64,000 nucleotides of DNA from Octopus sinensis. Its lineage: Eukaryota. The DNA is taken from the NCBI RefSeq assembly GCF_006345805.1, contig NW_021837034.1, forward strand, positions 3,411 to 67,410, in the 5' to 3' direction. The translations under genes were made by a program, and so were the position numbers. Positions 1 through 12,604 of this stretch are shown in pieces. The notes below the pieces were generated by a model that was not told where the DNA came from, did no database searches, and saw only the letters and a list, made by a program, of their open reading frames with translations. Position 1 is the stretch's first letter; each line of letters begins with the position of its first letter.

Positions 1-40
1 CACACACATATATATATATATATATACACACACACACCAC

Positions 41-107
<67 letters not shown>

Positions 108-212
108 CATATATATATATATATAGAATATATATACACACACCATATTATATATATATATATATATATATAACACACACATATATATATATATATATAT
201 CACACACACACA

Positions 213-244
<32 letters not shown>

Positions 245-284
245 CACACCCAATATATATATATATAACACACAACACACACAC

Positions 285-317
<33 letters not shown>

Positions 318-371
318 CACACACACATATATATATATATATACCACACACACACCACAATATATATATAT

Positions 372-403
<32 letters not shown>

Positions 404-405
404 AT

Positions 406-448
<43 letters not shown>

Positions 449-480
449 TACATATATATATATATACATATACACACACA
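1..480. repeat. compound (TA)n/(CA)n microsatellite
   Basis: Alternating TA and CA dinucleotide runs. It accounts for the spurious YI/CV-rich ORFs. Confidence 0.97.
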
Positions 481-773
481 GACAAACGATCTTTTTCTGT
501 TTGATCCCACACACATGAACATATTACATACGGGAAAAAAAAAAAAGAGAGATCGGAATGTATAGCCGTGCCCCAGAATGGCCAAAACCACGAACCAGGC
601 GCACAATAAATATGTATTTAGTAGGGAGTTAAAAAGCAGATATAAAGGAGATCAATTGGGCGCCGGGAAAGGGGGACAGAAAAGGTGGTGGAGGCGAGAC
701 GGGGGACGGATATATCCGTATATGTGATAACTTGTCAAAGTGTATATATACCAAGTATGACATTATTATTATC

Positions 774-814
<41 letters not shown>

Positions 815-1056
815 ATATATCAACAAAAATGACAGCGACATTTTAAGATGATTTACAAATAGAACTAAAAAGAACGAAGAAAAAAAGATAAAAGACAGAG
901 GGTTAAGGAATAAAAAAAAAGAATTAAAAGGAAAAATATAACAGGGAAAAAAATTTACACAAACATCCTTAAATAATCAGAAACCGCAAATTTCTTTTGA
1001 ATGCCTTCTCCCCCCCTCTCTTTGCGTCGTCGCGCACTACAAATACATGCATTTGA

Positions 1057-1476
<420 letters not shown>

Positions 1477-1627
1477 GTGTGAATGTGTGTAGTGGTTCAG
1501 CGCTTTCATCTTTGTATATTTCGTATATTTTTACTCAGTATCAATCAAAAGGAAATATTTTTTTTCTTTCTCTTATTTATCTATTTTTACCTTTTATTTT
1601 ATATCACATTATATCATACACACACAC

Positions 1628-1659
<32 letters not shown>

Positions 1660-1849
1660 AAACTTTTTTTCTTTTTTCGTGTAGCTTAAAGCGAGCGAAA
1701 AAAAGGGAGGGGAGGGGAAAAAATGAAATAAATAATAAAAAAATCTGGAAGAACGGGGAAAAAATAAAACCAAAAACCAAAAAAAAAAGGAAGAAAAAAT
1801 ATTAAAACAAAAAAAACAAAGCGAATAATAAATAAATAAAATAATAAAT

Positions 1850-1880
1850 AATCCGGCAGCAGCAAGCGGCGCGCGCGTGC

Positions 1881-1915
<35 letters not shown>

Positions 1916-2050
1916 TGTGAGAAAAGAGGAGAAAAGCAAGATCGTTGATTTCCTTCCTGTATTATTCACCTTTAGGATCGTAGCTTAGAGGCAGACATGG
2001 CGGAATCAAGTGGAATCAATCCAACAGCAAACACACACACTTTCCCATTC
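1850..2050. promoter_or_regulatory. putative CpG-rich promoter/first exon of a gene, possibly minus strand and running off the left end
   Basis: CpG-rich (gcggcgcgcgcgtgcg). YY1-like CCGCCATG on the minus strand at ~1996-2003. Minus-strand donor-like AAG|GTGAAT at 1970/1969. An alternative plus-strand acceptor ...cacctttag|GAT is also present. Confidence 0.35.
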
Positions 2051-2544
2051 ATTCCTTATTCCTTTCACCTCCTCCTCATCCACCCCCACTTTTTTTTCCC
2101 CTTCTAATTTCTGTTCATTGTCTCATTTTCTCCAAGTAGAAACTTTTCTTCTTTTTATTTTCTCATTTTTATTTTTAAATCATTATTACAGATCGGGGTT
2201 GTTTTTTTTCTGTAGTATTTTCTTTTGGTTTCTTCTTTATTAACAAGATACAATGATTTTATATGATGAGAAAAAGAATAAGGATTGCTGTGGCGTTTAT
2301 TCTTGCCCCTAAGACCATGAACGGCTTCTACGAAAGTCAATTGAATAGAATAAATAACAGCCAAATATCCCTCAAATCATAAATACATCTTTATAGTGCA
2401 GTTAGCACGGCGGATCGACATTTAGGCTTGGAGAACAAAATTAAATACTGGGACCGATTCATTCCAAATTTCAATTTTGCTTTTCATGGGTCCGGGATCG
2501 ATAAAAGTAAAGTACTAGTCAAGTGCTCACAGGGTTCTATACAA

Positions 2545-2872
2545 TTTTTTCTACTCTAGGCACAAGGCCAGAAATTTTTGGAGAGTGGTACTTAATTCAT
2601 CGACCCCGAAAGCATGAGACAGACGAAATACCTATTTCTATTTCTTTACTACCCACAAGGGGCTAAACACAGAGGAGACAAAGAGGGACAGACAAACGGA
2701 TTAAGTCTATTATATCGACCCCAGTGCGTAACTGGTACTTATTTAATCGACCCCGAAAGGATGAAAGGCAAATTCGACCTCGGCAAAATTTGAACTCAGA
2801 ACGTGACGGCAGACGAAATACCGGTAAGCATTTTTCGCCTGGCGTGCTAACGCTTCTACCAGCTCGCCGCCC
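2545..2872 (-). mobile_element. SINE with Meta-domain-like core (nested/duplicated copies)
   Basis: Reverse complement reads ggcggcgagctggtagaagcgttagc...gttcaaatt...gcctttcatcctttcggggtcgattaaataagtaccag. This resembles the MetaSINE central domain and recurs at 15.6, 29.2, 38.0 and 40.7 kb. Confidence 0.8.
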
Positions 2873-3054
2873 TGGGATCTAGAAAATTGAATTACTCCTT
2901 CCACTCAGGTGTGCTGGCCTTGTGCTTAAATTTAAATTCATCATCATCACCACCACCATCGCAACAAGAAGTGGTATTTAGGTCAGAGTTCAATTTGAGC
3001 TGTGGTTGTCTTCGTTTTTGCATGTATTTATGTATGTGAATGTGTGGTTGTGTC

Positions 3055-3258
3055 TGTGTTTGTTCCACCAACATTGCTTGACATCCGATGCTGGTGTGTT
3101 TACGTCCCCGTAACTTAACGGTTCGGCAAAATAGACCGATAGAATAAGTACTAGGCTTCCAAAGAATAAGTCCTGGGGTCGATTTGCTCGACTATAGGCG
3201 GTGCTCCAGCATGGCCGCAGTCAAATGACTGAATCAAGTAAAAGAGAAAACAAGAGTA
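3055..3258 (+). mobile_element. 3' half of the dominant SINE (family A)
   Basis: ccgatgctggtgtgtttacgtccccgtaac...ggtgctccagcatggccgcagtcaaatgactga, the same tail as the 7134 and 24481 copies. Confidence 0.85.
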
Positions 3259-3792
3259 ATCGACTAGACCCGTCTCACAAAAGTATATGGCCCTTTGTCT
3301 ATGTTAGAGATTGTTAAAGCAGTGATTTGGCAGAAACTTAGCGCGTCGAACAAAATACTTAGCGGTAGTTCTTCTGGCCCCTTACGTTCTGAGTTCAAAT
3401 TCCGCCGTGGTCAACTTTGCCTTTCAGCCTTTTGGGATCGCTAAGACAAGTACCTGTTGAACACTGGGTTGATACAACTGACGAACCGCCACCTTTGGAA
3501 TCGCTGACCGTGCGCAAAAATTTGGAACCATAATTATTATGAAGATAGCGATCTGGCAGGACCATTAACACGCCTGGCAAAATGCTTCGCGGCATTTACA
3601 GACGAGATGCCTTAAGTATTTCAAATTCCGCTGTGATAAAAATATGTACTTGTCAGGTACTAGAGTCGATGTAACCGACTTCCTCTTCCCTTCAAAAACT
3701 GCTAGCTCTGTGCCAAAATTTGAAACCATTATTAAGGAAGGTAAACTTTGCCCTTCAAACCTCGGAGATAAATAAAGTACCATTCGAACAGT

Positions 3793-4096
3793 GGAGGCAT
3801 ATGGCCTAGTGGTTAGAGCAGCGGACTCGCGGTCGAGAGATCGCGGGTTCGAATCTCAGACCAGGCGATGTGTGTGTTTATGAGTGAAACACCTAAGCTC
3901 CACGCGGCTCCGGCCGAAGGTAATGTCGAACTTCTGCTGACTCTTTCGCCACAAATTTCTCTCACTCTTTCCCCCTGCATCTTGCAGTTCACCTGCGACG
4001 GACCGGCGTCCCGTCCAGGTGGGGGAACCTATACGCCAAGGAAACCGAGAAACAGGCTCTATGATCCAGGCGTGGCTCGAGAAGGAACAAACAAAC
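3793..4096 (+). mobile_element. tRNA-derived SINE (family B), full length with target-site duplication
   Basis: A box TGGCCTAGTGG and B box GGTTCGAATC. Flanked by a 15-bp direct repeat ACCATTCGAA(C/T)AGTG (3779-3793, 4095-4109). A second copy lies inverted at 57781-58086. Confidence 0.9.
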
Positions 4097-4779
4097 CATT
4101 CGAATAGTGAGATAGATCTCTCTACTCCTTCACAGAATCAGCTGAGCTATGCTATGTATGAGAAGGGCATACAAGATCACACAGAATTCCAAAACATTTC
4201 CACTTTATATATATATATATATATCTTCCGTCTATCAACTCCACTCACGGCTGTGGTCGGTAAAAGACACCTGTCCAAGGTGCCACGCAGTGGGACTGAA
4301 CTCAAAACCGCGTGATTGGGAAGCAAACTTCTCACCACACAGCCACGCATGCGCCATGAGAAACAATGGTATAAAATGCGAACAACACAGAGTCGGAAAA
4401 ACAAAATGATTAGAAGGTCACTACTTAACCACTGTTTATCATAAAACAGCACTGGTTGAGACAAACCTCAGGCTAAACAACAGTGATAGAATATTGTCCA
4501 CGAAGTGTAATTTATTTTCAATCTGGACTTCCTTCCAGTCGTACAGCATTGCGTAAACAAGAAAATGGAACCGATAAGGACCAGGCTATAAACTAATTTG
4601 AAAGTGGAACGAGAGAAGCAAGGGAACTGGAAACAAGAAGAATGTGAGTAGCGGATGCAAAATGCTGCAAATATACAAATTAATTTCAAAGGCTTTTATA
4701 CTGCAGAAAGTGACTATCCCACTACAAGAGAATAAAAAAAAATTAATACATTAGACTTGTAGACGTTCTCTCGGAAAGA

Positions 4780-6330
4780 CATCTCACTACTGCTCTCTTC
4801 GAGGTCTTCATCCTCTGTGACTTGAATACTCACACCAATACTGCCGGTGCTAAAGCTGAATGTTTTCCTATTTTCAGCTCTTTACACCAGTTCATTTCAT
4901 GCCCTACTCACATTCCCAGTCGACAGGCATTCCAAAACACTTGATCTCTTTCTCATCTCAAAACCTAATTCTCTAGCAAACAGTGACAGTCTTTGCGCCT
5001 ATTAAACCAGAAAACCACTACCTCACTGCAACAGACCAATGCACAATCAAATACTACAGAGATCCCCTCCCTCTACACACACACGCCATGGACCTTATGG
5101 CACTTCAAGTCAGCTGACCGATCAGAGCTCCACCAATCCCTAGCAGCAGATGTGTGCTTCACCCCTAGCCGACCAGAAACAGTTGGGTAGGTAATTAAAC
5201 CCATCCTTTTAGGCAAGTCTCTCCACATCACCCTCGCAATAATAATAAAGTCTCATGGCCCTCCAAGTGGTTTACTCATAGTTATGCTACAGCTGTTCGA
5301 GCAACAAAAAAAAATACCCCACTACCCAAAACTGGGTGGCGTTCACTCAGCAGTGAAACTGATGTAAGATCTATCGTAAGATCTGGTTCCAGAATGATAT
5401 ATCTATGCATCACACAGGCCCTCAAACTGCAAACAATCCCTCTGGTTTCTTATTAAAAGAACGGCCACCAACTTCGAAGTTTTTATAGGTTTCATTTATT
5501 TACCTCACAACAGGAAAGGGGTCTCTGAATGTTGGTAGCACAGAAGGGGAGAGGGTCTCTGACAGGTTAATAGCACAGAAGGGACGGTCTCTGACAAGTT
5601 GGTAGCACAGAAGGGGCGGTCTCTGGCAGGTTGGTAGAACAGAAGGGGCGGTCTCTGACAGGTTGGTAGAACAGGAGGGGTGGTCTCTGACAGGTTGGTA
5701 GAACAGAAGGGGCGGTCTCTGACAGGTTGGTAGCACAGAAGGGGTGGTCTCTGACAGGTTGGTAGCATTGAAGAAGCGGTCTCTAGCAGACTATGATAAA
5801 AATTAGGGTGTCTGACAAATTGGTTTGATAGAAGAGGCAGTCTCTAGCAGGCAGGTGTGATAGAAGGATCAGTCTTGAACAGGTTGCCATAAAAGCAGTA
5901 ACCAAAGATAGGACCACATCCTAAAGACCGGTTCTTCTCTTTTGAGTCAGAAAACATTTCAGTTCCCAACAATCAGTGACACACTACAAAGCTGAATGAG
6001 GTCCCACATTAGGGACCAGTGTTGCTGCCATGCACATAGACATAGTAGACTGGTTGCCATTAAAACACTAAGAAACACGTTCCAGCCTCTGGGCCACAGG
6101 TATGCTGTCTCGTCTCGCATCTCTTGTAGTTAGGCGCTCCCACCTCACTCATCTCTTCATTTCTCATCACTTTTATGTCTTCCCCCACTAGCCCCAAACT
6201 AAAATACAATGTCTAGGCCCTTCATCCTTAGAACATAGGGCTCTCTGAAATTTTCTCCCAGCTCATATCTTTGCCACAGGTGTTGACCTTCCACAGTTAC
6301 AAACAGAACATAAACAGTATGGATCTCATC
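4780..6330 (+). mobile_element. decayed, internally deleted non-LTR retrotransposon (CR1/L2/Jockey-group) relic
   Basis: Frameshifted APE-endonuclease-like peptides EVFILCDLNTH (GDFNAH motif), LHQFISCPTH...TLDLFLISKP and WTLWHFKSAD. C-terminal-like (W)NFLPAHIFATGVDL at ~6245-6310. Confidence 0.7.
5521..5890. repeat. 32-bp minisatellite
   Basis: Unit GTCTCTGACAGGTTGGTAG(C/A)ACAGAAGGGGCG. About 8 conserved units followed by about 3-4 degenerate units. Confidence 0.92.
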
Positions 6331-6442
6331 AGACTCAAAGAGCCTGTAAAAGTCAAAGGTCAAAGGTAACCACTGCCTTTTCCACCTGAATCAGCAAGGA
6401 AAAGGGAAGAAAAAATACACAAATGGAATCATTTCTTTACTG

Positions 6443-6705
6443 ATGTTTTCCTATTTTCAGCTCTTTACACCAGTTCATTTCATGCCCTACTCACATTCCC
6501 AGTCGACAGGCATTCCAAAACATTTGATCTCTTTCTCACCTCAAAACCTAATTCTCTAGCAAACAGTGAGAGTTTCTGCGCCTATTAAACCAGAAAATCA
6601 CTGCCTCACTCCAACAGACCAATGCACAATCACATACTACTCAGGAGTGAAACTGATGTAAGATCTAGCGTAAGATCCTGATGTAAGATCTAGCATAAGA
6701 TCCTG
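6443..6705 (+). repeat. local duplication of the LINE endonuclease fragment
   Basis: 6443-6640 closely matches 4860-5058 (tgttttcctattttcagctctttacaccag...). 6646-6700 matches and repeats 5353-5383. Confidence 0.88.
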
Positions 6706-6751
6706 TTGAGTCGATAATACCCACAAGGAAGTGAGAAAAGTTGTTCAATTT

Positions 6752-6925
6752 TTAACCCTTTTGCAATCAGTTAATTCTGCCAAATGCAATGCTTATTTAT
6801 TTAGTTTCGAATTAATCATGCAATTATCTCATAACCTTGAGATTTCGATGACCGATGATACGATTGTTTATTTTTAGAATGGCATTATAGGGTGGGTGTG
6901 AGAGGTCGGACCTGGCTTGCCTGAA
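6752..6925 (+). mobile_element. TTAA/CCCTTT-ended MITE fragment (piggyBac-like)
   Basis: Starts TTAACCCTTTTGCA. Related sequence occurs inverted at ~9690-9790 and ~35675-35845. Confidence 0.55.
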
Positions 6926-7133
6926 TATATTTATCAGGAGCCCTTTATTATTTAGCGTAGGCTAAGGAGGTCAAGTCACCGTGTAGATGCCCCCACCCCG
7001 TTTGTGCGTGTGGAGTTTAGTTGATGGAAAAAGCGAGGGTAGGGTGTCCCACATGTAACCATGTGTCCGTGTGTCTATCTAAACACACAGAGAGGGAGGG
7101 AGAGAGACAGAAAGATATATATATATATATATA

Positions 7134-7513
7134 GGTGCAGGAGTGGCTGTGTGGTAAGTAGCTTGCTTACGAACCACATGGTTCCGGGTTCAGTCCCACT
7201 GCGTGGCACCTTGGGCAAGTGTCTTCTACTATAGCCTCGGGCCGACGAAAGCCTTGTGATTGGATTCGGTAGACGGAAACTGAAAGAAGCCCGTCGTGTA
7301 TATATGTATGTATGTGTATTTGTCCTCCAACATCGCTTGACAACCGATGCTGGTGTGTTTACGTCCCCGTAACTTAGCGGTTCGGCAAAAGAGACCGATA
7401 GAATAAGTACTAGGCTTACAAAGAACAAGTCATGGGGTCGATTTCTTCGACTAAAGGCGGTGCTCCAGCATGGCCGCAGTCAAATGACTGAAACAAGTAA
7501 AAGAGTAAAAGAG
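7134..7513 (+). mobile_element. dominant tRNA-derived SINE (family A), full length
   Basis: Head ggtgcaggagtggctgtgtggtaag...ggttccgggttcagtccc, then CORE-like caccttgggcaagt, an internal microsatellite and a (GTAAAAGA)n tail. More than 12 copies or fragments in the window. Confidence 0.92.
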
Positions 7514-7744
7514 TATATATATATATATACAGAGAGAGAGAGAGAGACATATAAAGAGAGAGGGGAAGAGAAACACACACATAGAGATAGGATCCTTTTG
7601 GAATGATAAACAGGCCATTGGTTTTTCGTTGTGGCATTTGAGAGTGTTACATACATCTACAACATTGAAACCCTACTACTACCCACCAGCTTCACGACTC
7701 ACAAAAACACACGGTAAATGCAGTATAGGTGGGAGCTATCATGA

Positions 7745-7844
7745 CACTCTGGTAGCCCGCATGGCTACATCTTCCAGTGACACGGAGAAAATTAGCAGGG
7801 ACCTGTGCAACAACACCCAATTCCGTGAAGCACTCCATACTTTT
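7745..7844 (+). pseudogene. diverged U6 snRNA pseudogene
   Basis: 7779-7844 GACACGGAGAAAATTAGCAGGGACCTGTGCAACAACACCCAATTCCGTGAAGCACTCCATACTTTT aligns to U6 GATACAGAGAAGATTAGCATGGCCCCTGCGCAAGGATGACACGCAAATTCGTGAAGCGTTCCATATTTT. The 5' part is only weakly similar. Confidence 0.8.
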
Positions 7845-8189
7845 CTGACTACAGGCATGGCTTCGTGGTTGAGAAATTTGTTTGACAGCTATGTGGTCTT
7901 TGTGGTCAGACCTACTGAGTGGTGTCTACATCAAGTATCTTCTACAATAGCTCCTTGTTAACTGATGCCCAATGGGGACTCCTTTCTTGCTGTCAGTCCT
8001 CGCCTGTTTCCATACAAGGTAATATTCCCCCATAGACCTGTTTTCATGAAAGACTGGAAACAAAACAACCTCGCTTATATGACAATGAGGCTCATTTATG
8101 ACAACTATCATGTGATGTCTAGACAAGTGTAAACACATATATACATATATATATATACACACACACACATACATATTGTTTATATCAGT

Positions 8190-8555
8190 GATCAGAGTGC
8201 GATCATGCTGGGGCACCACCATGAAGGGTTTTAGTTGAACAAATCAACCTCAGCACTTTTATTTTTTTAAAGCTTGGAACTTATTTTATTGGTTTTTTCA
8301 CTGAACTGCTAAGTTATGGAGAAATAAACACACCAACTCTGGTTGTCAAGCAGTGGTAAGGGATATACACAGACAAAAACACGCACACACTTTGGGCTTC
8401 TTTCAGTTTCCGTCTACCAGGTCCACTCACAAAGCTTTGGTCAGTTCGACGCTATAGTAGAAAACACTTGTCCAAAGATCTATATACAGTGGGACTGAAC
8501 CCAGAACCATGTGACTGTGAAGCAAGCTTCTTACCACACAGCCACATCTGCGCCT
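8190..8555 (-). mobile_element. SINE family A, diverged copy
   Basis: Reverse complement of the family A tail and head (ttctttcagtttccgtctacc...gtgggactgaacccagaaccatgtg). Confidence 0.8.
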
Positions 8556-8894
8556 CTATGAGAGGCTTCTTTCAGTTTCCATCTACCAAATTCACTCACT
8601 CACTCACAAGACCTCTTCATTGGGGCAATTATATTAACAAATGCATTGCTTAATATTGTGTTTATACAACACAAATATGTTGATTTATTAAAATGAAAAC
8701 AAAAAATGGTGAAGAGGGGGGAGAGGGGAAAACAATTGGCAAACTCTCAGGCGCCTCTAAACAATTTCTATTTCTTAAACTATTCGGGTGGTCTCCATTC
8801 TAAAATGTAATTCTTCATTTATTTTCATGATATTCTCATAGTTTTAAATTTTCTTACAGAATCTGTAAAATCATTTAACATAATAAATACACAA

Positions 8895-9380
8895 AGGTGC
8901 AGACATGGCCGTGTTGTTGAAAAGCTTCCTTTGCAAAACACACGGTTTTGAGTTCAGTCCCATTGTGTGGCACACCTTGGTGGAAATGTCTTCTGTTATA
9001 GCCCTGGGTTGACCAATGCCTTGTGAGTGAATTTGGTAGACAGAAACTGTGTGGATGCCATTGTGTGTGTGTGTGTGTGCATTGATGTGTGTGTATGTAT
9101 GCATTCATGTACATGTGTGTGCATATGTATGCATTCATGTGTGTGTGTGTATGTATGCATGCAGTCGTGTGTGTGTGTGCATGAAAGCTTTTGTCCCCAC
9201 TACCACTTGACAACTGTTTGTTGGTTTATGTCCCCATAACTTGACGTTTCAGCAAAAAATAAATCAGAAATACAAGTACCAGATTTTTAAAAAAAAACCT
9301 AATGGTTCAATGTGTTTGACTGGGCAGTCTTTGAGCATGGCTGCAGTCCAATAACTGAAACAAGCATAAGATTAAAGATA
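8895..9380 (+). mobile_element. SINE family A, diverged copy
   Basis: ggtgcagacatggccgtg...gagttcagtcccattg...ctgaaacaagcataaga. Confidence 0.75.
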
Positions 9381-9824
9381 AAATTTGGTAAGCATTCCTA
9401 AAATGTTCCTTACTTTTTGCAAGGAAACAAAAATACAAAGCCGAGTTATAATTGAACGATGAGCTTTGAAATGGAATTAAAATAAGAAATGAATAGGTGT
9501 ACAGTCAGTCCTCGTGTTACATCTGTACAGAATACAATGGCTAGTTTACATAGGATCCAAGCTGAGCAAGGTACAGAGCTCTCTACCATGGGTCCATTCT
9601 ATACAAGGTTCCCAAGATAACGCTGATTTGTACATAGATTTTGTAACTGAAGCTGAGGTCTTGCCATATTAACAATATCCAGAGAGCCTTAACTCTTTAG
9701 CCATATCAGACCAAAATATTCTGTTTTATATTCAAACTGACCGGATCCAGCCTCTCACACCTACCCTAGAAATAGAATGACAAAATTCCAAGAAAAGAAT
9801 ACTGTAGCAAAGGAAATAATTGGC

Positions 9825-10300
9825 ACTATTACAGTTACGAAGACGAGGGTTCCAGTTGATCCAATCTACAAAACGACCAGCTTGAGAAATTAATGTGCAA
9901 GTGGCTGAGCACTCCACAGATGCACGCAACCTCAAGGAGATTCAGCATCATTAGCATAGCTCGGGATAGGAGTGGTCCACCCGTAGGGGTGGGCACTTTT
10001 AAAGGGGCAACACTTTTCATCCTGTTGTAGGCTATTGCTATAGGCAGTATGTGTTTTTTGTGGAGTCCAAGGGCGGCAAATGGAAAGGCCACCCCAGGCA
10101 GAACACACTATAGCTACACTAGTGATCAGCATGGCACAGAATGTGACACGGCTGGCCCTTTGAGATACAGGTACAACTCATTTTTGCCAGCTGAGTGGAC
10201 TGGAGTAACGTGAAATAAAGGACACAATAAGTCACCAGGAATTGAACTCACAACGTTATGATCATGAGCCAAAACCCTAACCACTCAGCTACATGCCTTC
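9825..10300 (-). mobile_element. CORE-like tRNA SINE (family C), interrupted by a MITE
   Basis: Homologous to the uninterrupted copy at 40285-40570 (gttgatcc...gtggctgagcactccacag...ctcatttttgccagctgagtggactggag). Confidence 0.8.
9949..10124. mobile_element. hAT-like MITE, 176 bp, 8-bp TSD
   Basis: TIRs CATTAGCATAGCT / AGCTACACTAGTG. Flanks TTCAGCAT and ATCAGCAT. The empty site GAGATTCAGCATGACACAGA is present in the paralogous SINE at ~40391. Confidence 0.75.
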
Positions 10301-11784
10301 ACCAACAAGGGAAATATAGATTAAAGGAAGGAATAAGATTCAATTCAAACAGCAAAAAAACAGACACAAAAGCAGCTCACAAGTATTATAGCTCAATGAA
10401 GATGATATAAAATGTATCTACGACAAACCATGTATGGATGCAAACAGAACATACATCGTATGCAAATCATCATCATTTTAATGTTTAGCTTTCCCTGATT
10501 TGCATGGATTGGACAGAATTTGTTGAAGCTGGATGCCCTTCCTGCTGCCAACCCTCACCTGTTCCCAAGCCAAGTAATATTGCCTCCATGGCCAGACATG
10601 TTTTCATGGCAGATTGGAAAGGAAGGACACAACCCACATGACAGTGACACTTTCAACTTTCACATGACATCAAGACAAGGGCACACACACACACACACAC
10701 ACACGACAGTCTTCTTTCAGTTTCCATCTATTAAATTCACTCACAAGGTTTTGGTCAGTCCTGGGCTATAGTAGAACTCACTTGCCCAAGGTTCTGCACA
10801 GAGAGATCAAACCTAAGAAAGGAAGTTTGTTCACTACATAGCCACACTTGTACCATAACCACAATACCAAAAAAAAACATTCCATAATTTATGATTAATT
10901 ATGAAGGTCTGGGCATTCTGAGATAATGACAGCTAATACAATTTCATTCTCATTATGTAATTAGGAAATTTCAAGCACTTTACATTTTAGTTATTCAACC
11001 CCTCTTTGAGAGGTTTTAACTCTTTGAGGTTTGCTGCCTGCTCCATCATGGCTAATATCATTAGTCATATTATCATCATCATTTAACATCCGTTGTCCAT
11101 GCAGGCATGGGTTGGACGGTTTGACTAGGCCATCCTGCTGGAAGGCTGCACCATACTCCAGTCTGATTTGGTGTGGTTTTTTCTATGGCTGGATGCCCTT
11201 CCTAATGCCAACCACTCAGAGTGTAATGGGTGCTTTTATGTGCCACTGGCATGGTAATTTCTAAATCTTCATAACCATCTGGAACTACTTTTTGAAATTT
11301 TCCATGTCCATACAATAAACTAGTTTGGCAACAGCACTCTGGATCATGAAGGCATGTAGCCTGGTGGTCAGAGGTGTTGCACTCATGAGTGTCAGATCGT
11401 GGGCTCAATTCCCAGACCAGGTAGTGTCTTGTGTCCTTGAGCAAAACACTTCATTTGACATCGTTCAAGTATTGTGTGGGGTCTGACATGTCGAAGCACA
11501 GATCCAGTGTTTCCTCTGCATATCATAAAAAGACAACTAAAAGAAGTTGAGCTAGGATTTGCACTCTGACCTCGTAAAACCCTAACCAATAACGACTACT
11601 CAAACAGACCCATGGGTTGGAAGGGTGTCACCTGAGTGGTGCAAAGGTGTCCATCAGCCAGGAGCAGAAAATCACCAATAAAGGTTGGGTGCCACCGGCA
11701 TGGGTGCCATTTGCATGACACTGAGGTGCTTTTACGTGCCACTGGCATGGTAATCACCAATAAATGTCACAGCACAGGTCCTCA

Positions 11785-11815
<31 letters not shown>

Positions 11816-12604
11816 GCCACCACTACCACTACAATTCTAATACAAACACTACCACCACTACCACTACTACTACTGTGAATTTCTATCCTACAATGTTACT
11901 ACAGGGTTGTTGATGGGCAAACAGCTTCAACACTGCCTCCTAATGTTTTATATGTTTTGGCACCAACAGATAAGGATTTCAACATTGCATCAAAGAAAAT
12001 TCAGTAACTCTTTCATAATCTTTGCATATGTCCAAATGCTGTTTGCTTTTCGACTGCATACCCTTCAGAAAGTCTCAACACTGAAGCAATCTTCTGACTT
12101 CTTTAGAAGTTCCAGTTCTATTTTCTATTTCACAGAGGATGGGGGGGGGCACCTGTTTAACCCACCCCATCCCCTGCATTGATTATTACTCTCCCTTGAA
12201 GCCATAATGGAAAATATGAAGCAGAAGATACCTAATCACTGAAATATAAACGAAGGTTGGCCAGGCAACATAAACTATGTGCAACATAGTGGTTATTGTG
12301 ATACTACACTATCACACAGAACCTTCCAGTCTGCTGTAAGTATTGCACAAAATTAAGCAAACAAACTTTAGGCTACTTCGAGTTGATTTAATCTTTGTTT
12401 CTGACTGTGTATTATTAGACTCGAGAAACGAATTATGGCTAGATTATAACATGATATTGCAAGAACAGAATTATTATGAAGATAATTAGTTTCAGTTGAT
12501 GTAAGTTTCAATAAATTCATACACACAACTTCTCATCACAAAAATAGTTATTTACATTCACAATCCCCTCTAATAAACACTAAGTTTTACAGGTTAAATA
12601 TAGA

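Noticed and set aside
3793-3865. tRNA gene
   Set aside because: A and B boxes are present, but the sequence continues into a SINE body flanked by a TSD and no acceptor stem is evident.
5521-5790. CRISPR-like regular 32-bp periodicity
   Set aside because: The units are contiguous with no unique spacers, the context is eukaryotic, and there are no cas genes.
7075-7428. Recurrent ORFs such as RRASFSFRLPNPLTRL...TMWLVSKLLTTQP
   Set aside because: Antisense translations of SINE family A that recur with each copy.
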